DNA of 20,000 nucleotides from positions 179,191-199,190 of the forward strand of contig JBEWZL010000304.1 of NCBI GenBank assembly GCA_045837725.1. The letters run 5' to 3'. The notes beneath the pieces were generated by a model. It ran no database searches. It had not been told where the DNA came from and saw only the letters and a list, made by a program, of their open reading frames with translations. The translations under genes and the position numbers were made by a program. The number at the start of each line of letters is the position of its first letter. Positions within the stretch are counted from its first letter, which is position 1. This stretch comes from Vermamoeba vermiformis (lineage: Eukaryota). Shown here piece after piece: positions 12,348 through 20,000 of the stretch.

Positions 12348-12613
12348 AGCGGTGAAGCATGCCTCGTTTGGAGATACCTGGCAAGTCGTAAGTTGTCAAG
12401 ATGTCGCGAGGTTACCAGCGTGTCCTGGTCGAAGTCCCGCGAGCACCACCCCCTGGCGCACATCATAACGCAGGGTACTAAGAAAATCTACACGGCGAAG
12501 AGCACGGGGGGGTCAAACCCACTGTTGTCCCCTCAGTGCTATTGCGAAAGCGGAACCAAACCTTTACGTTGTTTCGGTCCAAAATAAATTTTAAATCGCG
12601 ATCTTGCTTCTGC
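12348..12613. ncRNA. Candidate structured non-coding RNA, family unassigned
   Basis: GC-rich island in AT-rich intergenic DNA with about six consecutive hairpins found by eye, including a GAAA tetraloop at 12542-12553. TTTATATA at 12341-12348 and TTTT at 12589-12592. No recognisable family motif. Confidence 0.35.
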
Positions 12614-13481
12614 GGCCTGGACATAAAATTATTTCCTGTACTCCACTACGTGATAACAAATGGTGAGTTGGGCTGGTGGGTTGCACAGTTCGGTCGTTCA
12701 ACAATGCGTTGATAACTTTTGGTGAAAGAATCGCGTGGCAAAGGCAGCTTAGCTAAGAATGCTTCCAACCCACACGCCAATTAATTTTAAATAAAACTAC
12801 GAGTTGTTTATCGGCGTAACTTTTATTTAGCCTAATACGCCATTCACGAAAATAGACAATTCGGAAACCTCCGCGCCATTGAGTGCGTAATTCTGCGGTG
12901 TCGGTCAAAAGGTCCAGTGTATAACCACTGAACATTTCGACTTATCTGAACATGTCAGCCAACAGATTGGCTAGCGTTAGGGAGCCTCAAAAGCATAATC
13001 GTTAATATTTGAGTGAATCTATTGTACTGCAATATGCTGGTCGGAGCATGCCGAGCAATTCACAGTTTCGAATAATTGCCGATATTTTTAGTTTTGTACT
13101 GTCGTGAAAATATCGGTCGATCGCATAAAATTTATTTTTGGCAAAATCCAACGTTTTCGGCGTATGCTGGACCGCGAAACAAGCTAATTAAATCCGATGG
13201 GATTACCAACCTGCATAATCTCGAACCCAGCGTAATGGATGACGCTATTATATGAAGAAACATAGATACCTGGTAGGCGTGACAGATATTCTGATGAGAA
13301 ATCTGGTGTCTCGAAACACAGGCGATAAAAGACAGCTTAAAGATGGAATGCGAGAGGGGTACAGTACATCCCGCGCTTATTCGCAGGCATTGCCAAAACA
13401 GGTCCGAATGAGGTGCGAAAAGGATCGTTTATGGAATAGAGTACACTAGGTGTCAGTATGAACAACATACGACTTTTACAA

Positions 13482-13505
13482 TTAATTGCTATGCATAGCA
13501 ATTAA
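13482..13505. repeat. Perfect 24-bp palindrome TTAATTGCTATGCATAGCAATTAA overlapping the stop codon of the small ORF
   Basis: The sequence equals its own reverse complement; the TAA of the 13502-13654 ORF lies within it. Confidence 0.95.
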
Positions 13506-13654
13506 AAATAAAATGTTTCACCACCACCAGGATCGTTGATGGGACCGGTTTCACCGGCACCGGGATCGTTGAATAGACGAGTTTCGCCGGCACCGGGATC
13601 GTTGAATAGACCACTGGAGGTGGTAGTGAAGCCCATGCTCACAGGTGCGTTCAT
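13502..13654 (-). CDS. 50-aa intronless small protein with three NDPGxGET repeats (putative multicore peptide precursor)
   Basis: MNAPVSMGFTTTSSG-LFNDPGAGETR-LFNDPGAGETG-PINDPGGGETF-YF*. The ATG has A at -3 and follows a CAA-rich leader; CATAAAT (TATA-like) at 13724-13718. Differences among the cores are mostly synonymous. Confidence 0.7.
   Translation of the reverse strand: MNAPVSMGFTTTSSGLFNDPGAGETRLFNDPGAGETGPINDPGGGETFYF
13513..13609. repeat. 33-bp tandem repeat, three imperfect copies
   Basis: gtttcaccaccaccaggatcgttga / gtttcaccggcaccgggatcgttga / gtttcgccggcaccgggatcgttga at 33-nt spacing. Confidence 0.95.
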
Positions 13655-14323
13655 CTTGCGTTGTCGTGTGCTTGTTGTTGTTGAGGTGAAATTGAATGGT
13701 TCAGCTCAATTTTTCTGATTTATGCTCCCTAAGAGCACGTGACTGACTAAAAATGGCATGGACCCCGAAATATGACCGCGTTCGGCGAACGGGACCTTAC
13801 CGAACAATTAATAGAGTCAACGTCACGTCATTTAATTAACCTTTGGTGGAAGATCGGATCTTTCCGGTGTTCAAAGCTATGACAACATTTTCATTCGGTC
13901 GTTTAGGCCGTGGACAGCAGCCTTCGTGTACACCAACATGTTCACATTTATTGATGTATATTAATGCGACGAAGTTTGCAAGGCGGTCGAAGATAACATT
14001 TAAGGCTTTGTCCGAGGTTCTGCACTCAGCTCAATTGTTCGTACAGAGGATGGCCGTTTGAAAATGCGGAGAAATTGAGGCTTGCATTGCCTGCACCTCA
14101 AAACATTATTATTTACTATTTATGTACAAGTTAGATCACTACCGCCTTATTCATAACCGTTGCAGTGCTTCGCGTCAACATCAACAATCTACAATAGCAT
14201 GGCTAACTACTACGATGCGCGGTAATAAGTACGTGAAACTACTTAGCATAATAATATTTATTACAACACAAAGGAATTGAAGCTATTACGCAACAAACAT
14301 GCGTCAATAAGCTCTTACGACCA

Positions 14324-15749
14324 TTATTTGTTGGCGAGAATGTATTGTCCGGATTGAGCATTCGTCGCCAACACAACCGTGTAATCCTCAGATGCTTCGA
14401 CGACCTGTAAAAGCAAGTTAACGATTGACGTAACAAGATAATAATCAGGTCTCTTACTTGTTCAAAGAATCGAATGTCAGGCTCGTGAGGATGAGCTTCC
14501 ATCGGATCGATGAAGAAAATGATTTGGCTGCACAAGCCTGACAACGCTACGTGTGCAATTTGAACATCACCACCTACGCTAATATTCAGTATCGATGATA
14601 AATGAGGGATCGTAAAGGATCTACACTCTACCTTTAGGACCGGATTCGCATAAAATAAATTTATGCTCGAACTCTTCTTTCAAATCAGGGCGTGCTGCGA
14701 TGAAAAATTTCTTCAACCAACCGCCTGTCGTAAAAATACTCGAATTAGCATTGACGAAGAAAAAGATTGACTAGAAATTGTTACCTGTAGTTCCCGTGGC
14801 CAAAATGAAGTCGTACGTCAACAACGATTTCAAATGTTGCATGGCAAATAAACAAAGCTCCAATTTCTTGCCGTCATGAGCAATTAACGCGACATTATTG
14901 TTCGTGCATTTGCCGTTACTGTCTTTCGTAGCCTTAGCTCTGATCTTATCAAAATCGACAACAGGGCTCGTGCTAGGTCCGTATTTTAACGGAATTGCGC
15001 CAGTTTTCCACGCGTCAATCATAATTTCTGCACCGCGCACACTATCAGCATAGCTCACATTGTGAACCTAAATCTTACTTAAGTATGCATAATTTGAGGT
15101 CATATCGTATTATTTTGCTATACTTGCCGATGTCATTTAATGGTAAAATTTTGGTACCATTTTGAAAAAATATAATTGAGATTTCAGGTCTGAAATAGTA
15201 GCGGGAAGTGGATCCGCTTGATCTTCTAGAAGAACTTACCATTGATTGTCGCTTTAATACAGACCACGAAAATGTCTTATGAATATCCTTGTAGTGCGAC
15301 AAATGAATCAATCCCGCCAATCTGCCTTCGACAAGCTCGTGTGTCACGGCTACAATTCCTACAGATCCGCCAGGAAGCTTGATTGTTTTCTCTAAATTAT
15401 AATTATAAATTAACTAATCCAGATTAAATCATTACAGCGTTGAAATGCGTAAGATTTCGTTTTGAGACTATAAATAAATATTAAAATTGAACAAAAAAAT
15501 TCTGAGCCTGCAATTCTTCATTAGACGCTTGCCTTTGTATAGTTTAAGATCTTCTTGGGTCAATTCATTTTTGTGCACGAGATCCTGCAGCACATCCAGC
15601 AGAAAATCAAAAGTTTTGCCAGTGATGCAGATATCCGTGTTTGCGAGTAGCCATAGCAAATTATTCTTTAAAAAGTTACCGCAAATATCTTTATGATCGG
15701 TTCTGAATCTTTCAGTGCTTGTTAGCGCGATCCTGATCTTCGAAGCCAT
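14324..15749 (-). CDS. mgsA: Methylglyoxal synthase with a degenerate N-terminal MGS-like domain and a catalytic-type C-terminal domain, ~313 aa
   Basis: Exons 15749-15533 (GC donor), 15391-15240, 15067-14785, 14724-14632, 14573-14458, 14404-14324. The C-terminal half has the MgsA motifs VALIAHDGKK, LATGTTG, SGPKGGDVQI, IIFFIDP..AHPHEPD and LATN. The N-terminal half echoes them degenerately (IRIAL, ITGKT, ELVEGRL..LIH, VHNV). Confidence 0.88.
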
Positions 15750-15979
15750 TTTGTACGACTGCTTGAAGGCAAATAAATAATCGGGTAAGAGTGTTGAAGG
15801 TAAAAAGAGTTGCTTCCCGTTTGGGCAAAGAGGAAATAATGTGTTTCTGGAATTTTTTTTAGGTTGCGATTGCCGGGTTGTAAAATGTGTACGAGCACCT
15901 TTCTTAGTGGATGGACGAGGTTATTAGCACTCTTATTTACAAATTTACATTTATACAGCTTTAAATCAAAATTTAAACT

Positions 15980-16764
15980 TCAGTGGGTTGAGTTGCCGAC
16001 ACTTTTGACCGGCGGAGTAGTTGCGGTAATCGTATTCTTGGCTATTTTAGCGACAGTAACTTGCTGCTTCCTAACAGATATAACTAAGTACAATAACAAG
16101 GCTAATCCGCCTAATAGAACCATAATTCCGGCGGCGACAATTCCGATTCCTTTTGCTAGGTACTCGTCCAAAGGCGGCTTTTCTAATCTCGGGACATAGT
16201 CTGAAGTACTATAAACGCAATCTACATATTCATCCCGTTGCAACTGATCAGCGTCATTTTGAGCAGGAGCCACATCCGCGTAGACTGCAGAATTTATTAA
16301 GCAATGGGAATGAGAGTTCAAGCTGTTAATACTCACATCCGTACTCTAATGATGCTTCGTGCGTATTATTATCTTTTGAAGTGAAATTTACCTGCGATTA
16401 GTAAAAATTAAAAGCCGATCTTTACAAATTCCAATTCGCTCTGCTTACATTGACTAGCAAAACATAATGTAGCTTAAAATCCGTATAAGTCGATTGTCTT
16501 TCTATTACACTCGTAGCTTCAATATAACAGATGGCACCTGAATAATTAAATTAATTTTGTGGATCGGACATTAAATTTAAATCAACGCGTCAAAATACGT
16601 GTAAACTTACTGTCATAACGTTGGTTTTTATACTGTTCATATAAGGCCAAATAAAGCATGGAGCCGACAACTAGCATCGCTATGCCAGCCAAAATAAAAA
16701 CGCCACCAAATCCACCTGCCAAAACTCTATTCTGTAACAACTTTTGTCCTTTAACGTGACCCAT
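15980..16764 (-). CDS. Two-transmembrane protein with a ~105-aa Cys-containing loop (DUF3592 / BK-channel beta-subunit-like topology), ~200 aa
   Basis: Exons 16764-16611, 16537-16449, 16391-16337, 16284-15980, phase-consistent. TM1 GVFILAGIAMLVVGSMLYLAL; loop YDSAICYIEAT...YVDCVYSTSD; TM2 GIGIVAAGIMVLLGGLALLLYLVI. The family assignment is inference from topology only. Confidence 0.75.
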
Positions 16765-16943
16765 CGCTCATTCTTTCTATGTTGTTGATAATCTATCGAA
16801 CGTGAGAGAAATTAAATTCTTGTCCTGTCAAAACGTCAAACAGAGATAAAATTAATTAATGTTAATCCGCGTACCCCACCTTGCTAGCAAAATTGTTTAA
16901 TAGATGCATTTAGAGGCAACAATTTAAAGAGAATTCAATTTTA

Positions 16944-19176
16944 CTATTTCTGGATCACTTTCTTTTGCAAATAGTTCTGGATCCTCGGGAAAACAGGTGT
17001 TCCAAGACCAGTCACAGCGTCCCAGCCATAGGTCGCAGTGAATCCGTATTTCGAACAACAATTCTCAGTACATTTGTTGTTGCCCGACGTAATGTCAGTG
17101 AAGGTCGTCGGATCTTCTGCTTGCATCTTGTATAACAACGGATTGATGAACCCAAGCGAGTTCTTGTTGTTGTTTAACATGTAGCTATTCAAAAGTGCAA
17201 TCATGCCCGCTACAAGTGGGGTCGAGGCCGATGTTCTGGCCAATCAGAATCAGTTAGATATGCATTATAGGGCATACTATAGTATAATATGTGTCGTACC
17301 CGTCGGCTTGTTGGAATCCCATTGGATAAAATTGAATCAAGTAGTTGTGGCCGTTAGCGCTAATGTCCGGAAAACCTCGGTTTGATTGGTTGAAAAGACC
17401 CGTTGGAAATCCAACTCCGGAGTTCAAGTATTGAGATACAGCGGTTTGTTGCCAACTAGGAACCGTATTTACTGCAGAGAATCCTCCACCAGTGGTAATT
17501 AACGCGGCTATTAAATTTATAGGTTAATTTCGGATCCGTTCATCACTGAATAATTCTTACTTGGAAAAGTGCAAACTCCTTCGAGACCGGTAGTAGCGCA
17601 TTGAAATCTGTAAGAATATATTAGAAACTTTTAATTTAATCGATAATACGACTTACTGTTGGCAGATGGGCGGTTGTCGTACCGGCAACGTAGATCCACC
17701 AGGAACTAACATCGTAGCGCCAACACCAGTGACCCACGGTGAGGTCGCAGGATACATAGTAGAAATAATAGGGTTTTGGCAGAAAGGATTTGAGTCACCA
17801 GGAGCTCCTTGATCTCCGGATGAGGAGATCAACGTAACTCCTTTCATCGTAATTTTCATGAATTCAATATCAGTTCGTCTAATGTAATCGGAATAACCCC
17901 CAGAATTGCAATTGAAGTCGATAGTGCAAGTTGATTCTTCGGGGAAACCATAAGACATGGAGACTACGAGCGGATAACTCTGCGCGTTGAAAAAGTTCGT
18001 TGCGAACTCGTACATCCAAATCAGCTCGGTCCAGTACCAGAACGTCGTGTTGAGAGCAATCGAGCTGCCAGTCTTTTTTAAAAACAACGTTAGTATTCTG
18101 AGCATAATACGAAACTTAAATTGTTATTTTCATACATTAATATAAATGAGTTGTAAATTTAGTTCGGCGAGCATATTATTATTACTTAGCCATACCTCGA
18201 CGTCAAGCGTGGGTTCAAGAGCACTTTGTCTGCTGCTGAACGGGCCAATGATCTTATCAACGTGGACCTTCTCGTTCATGCCAGCATTATACACAGGCAA
18301 GTCATCAGGGTCGTAGCTGCGTTGATCGGCAACATTTTCCCAGAAAAATTGAACCACGCCAAGCGAACTTTTTGGATGCACTTTGTACGAGCTAGGAACT
18401 CCGTACATTTGTCGTAATAAAGCAGGATATACGAATCCTAAGGGATCATTCGATTGTTCAAGAGAACGTTGCTGTGCTGAGCGGCTCTTAGGTCTGGTTG
18501 ATGGCAGAGGCACGAGTTCGGACAAACCAAACACCATCTCAACGATCGACAAGTGATCTGGAACGTGAGCCGGTCCAAATACACGAGCGATCATGCCACC
18601 TGCAGTATTTCGGTAAGTTATGCCTTTAATAGGTAATTCTTAATTTTTTCTTACCGGTCGCGGTGGATTTGTAGTAGAACATTTCCGTCTTGAAGATCTT
18701 CTCGATAACGCCAATCTTCGTTCGTACTTTAATGAAGTCCCTTCCAGACGCATCAATATCACTGATTCCGTTAGCATGTAACCATTCCAGAACGGGCTCA
18801 ACATCTTCCAAGGGAGGTGCGATCAAATCCAAGATCTGCTCAGTCGTCCACCATTTGCCTGAATTTAAGTATTAAATACGGTTATCTTATGGTACTCAGA
18901 GTTGTTACCATAGTTAACGGAATCTGGGTCGGCCGCATCCAACACTTTCGCCTGCGAGAATTTTTATTAATTAGAGATTAAATTCTATTTATTTCTTACC
19001 TCTAATATTTCTAAATTTCTCTGCTTAAGGGCTATTCTGAACTCGTGCATTCTTTCAGGATTCGCGCGGTTTAATTTAATGTACTGGGCTGGAACATGAT
19101 CTCGCACGAGCACCACTCTGGCTTCAATAAGCACTAAGACAACAGCAAGTATCGCTACGATGAGTAAACGCGACAT
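16944..19176 (-). CDS. Sedolisin-family (S53) serine-carboxyl peptidase, TPP1/physarolisin-like preproenzyme, ~596 aa
   Basis: Exons 19176-19000, 18951-18909, 18858-18655, 18599-18196, 18072-17657, 17607-17561, 17507-17300, 17235-16944. Signal peptide MSRLLIVAILAVVLVLIEA; prodomain IALKQRNL..DPDSVNYGKW; catalytic E-x-x-L-D (EPTLDVE); oxyanion SSGDQG; RGFPDISA; nucleophile GTSASTP; Ca-site DITSGNN..GWDAVTGLGTP. Confidence 0.95.
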
Positions 19177-19692
19177 ACGTGGTGCTGTTAATATCGTTTT
19201 AGATGTACTGGCCTGCAAGAAAACTCGTTTTGCTTTTCGGTAAGTTTTCTTGTCCGTTTAAAATCTTCTCAATTTAGATTGTGTTTATCGCTTTATTCAT
19301 ATTATAGCATACTAATGGCAATTTCGTTCAGACAGCTGGGTTAAAATAGATGCATCCAGCTGGATCGTAAGTTTACCGTTAGAACTTTCAATCTTTCAGC
19401 TAATCAACCTCCTGGTGTCATTACGTTATGTTGTATTTAATTGGATTCTCAGAGAACGGCGATACATTAACTTAAGTTAGCCGAACCTGACGAACCTGTA
19501 CGGTAAGAATTTTGAAACTAATTCTGTAAATATCATAAACAAGCGCCTCGTAAAACAGTTTTTTCGAAGTTTACCGTCCACTTGGTTGAAGAAAGCAATC
19601 CTTCTTAGATTTTTCTGCGCCGCAGTATTGGGACTAATTCTGACCGTTAAAGTAATAACTAGTACGGTACACAATCAATCACCCTCAACACC

Positions 19693-19881
19693 ATGCTTGG
19701 TCGCTCGCTGCTCTTTGTCGGCATTGTATTGCTGATTGCAGTGCTAGCCTCAAGTGAAAGGGTCAAGATTACGGAGCAAAAGCCAGATGCCCTAGAGCAG
19801 TTGATCGGCAACTCGTTTTTGAGCCAATTTATTCCAACAAAATCAACCATTGATATTAAAAAATTCTACGTTGGCTCTAAG
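19693..19881 (+). CDS. First exon of an unidentified secreted or membrane protein, divergent from the sedolisin gene; continues beyond the window
   Basis: ATG in an ACACCATG context; signal-peptide-like MLGRSLLFVGIVLLIAVLASS; probable donor AAG|GTAATA after 19881. Confidence 0.6.
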
Positions 19882-20000
19882 GTAATATTACTGTTATATA
19901 AAAAATTTCAAACTCGAAGATCCGAGGTCATTTTCGATTTAAATTAAGTTGCATCATTTCTAAGCACAATACCATTAGGCTAGAAAAGATTCTGATGACC

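Noticed and set aside
12371-12445. ATACCTGGC (U1-like 5' end) and GAAGTCCC (RNase MRP CR-I-like)
   Set aside because: Lacks ACTTACCTG, the U1-70K and U1A loop sequences, and a matching CR-V GGGGCT.
12710-12745. CTTTT...AAAGAATCGCGTGG reminiscent of U5 snRNA
   Set aside because: The invariant loop I GCCTTTTAC and its closing stem are absent.
12197-12935. ORFs 12197-12466, 12393-12587 and 12753-12935
   Set aside because: No recognisable domain and no linked exon structure. The PQCYC motif is insufficient for a zinc finger.
13290-13318. CTGATGA...GAAAC resembling a hammerhead ribozyme core
   Set aside because: Stem II is weak and mismatched, and I found no complementary strands for stems I and III with an NUH cleavage triplet.
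13513-13545. Resemblance of INDPGGG to PGG-containing arbitrium peptides of Bacillus mobile elements
   Set aside because: The motif is too short and low in complexity; there is no signal peptide or AimR-like neighbour, and the context is eukaryotic.
13513-13609. 33-bp periodic repeat as a CRISPR-like array
   Set aside because: No unique spacers, the period is a multiple of three within an ORF, there are no cas genes, and the DNA is eukaryotic.
13536-13718. Plus-strand ORF with VSPAPGSLN repeats
   Set aside because: Antisense shadow of the minus-strand peptide. It covers only two of three repeats and has stops just upstream, while the minus ORF encloses all three with a good leader.
13-18875. 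Numerous plus-strand ORFs (e.g. 15-380, 4325-4711, 7736-8059, 11510-11881, 15864-16199)
   Set aside because: Antisense shadows of well-supported minus-strand exons.

Overview
Intron-rich eukaryotic nuclear DNA with short GT-AG introns (GTAAGT donors, CTAAY/CTGAC branch points). The gene content suggests an amoebozoan-type protist (inference). Manual splicing gives phase-consistent models for six multi-exon minus-strand genes: the 5' part of a TEP1/p80-type TROVE protein with an RGG tail, a 23-exon ~1647-aa LRR + formin GBD/FH3 + tandem ubiquitin-like + REM/CDC25 RasGEF, an HP1 protein, a two-domain methylglyoxal synthase, a two-TM protein and a sedolisin/TPP1-like S53 peptidase. The first exon of a plus-strand secreted protein lies at the right edge. 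The apparently intergenic 11.9-14.3 kb is the most interesting part. It holds a 50-aa ORF missed by the ORF track, with three NDPGxGET cores and a perfect 24-bp palindrome at its stop codon (candidate multicore peptide precursor). It also holds a hairpin-dense block downstream of a TATA element, a candidate structured ncRNA that I could not assign to a family.
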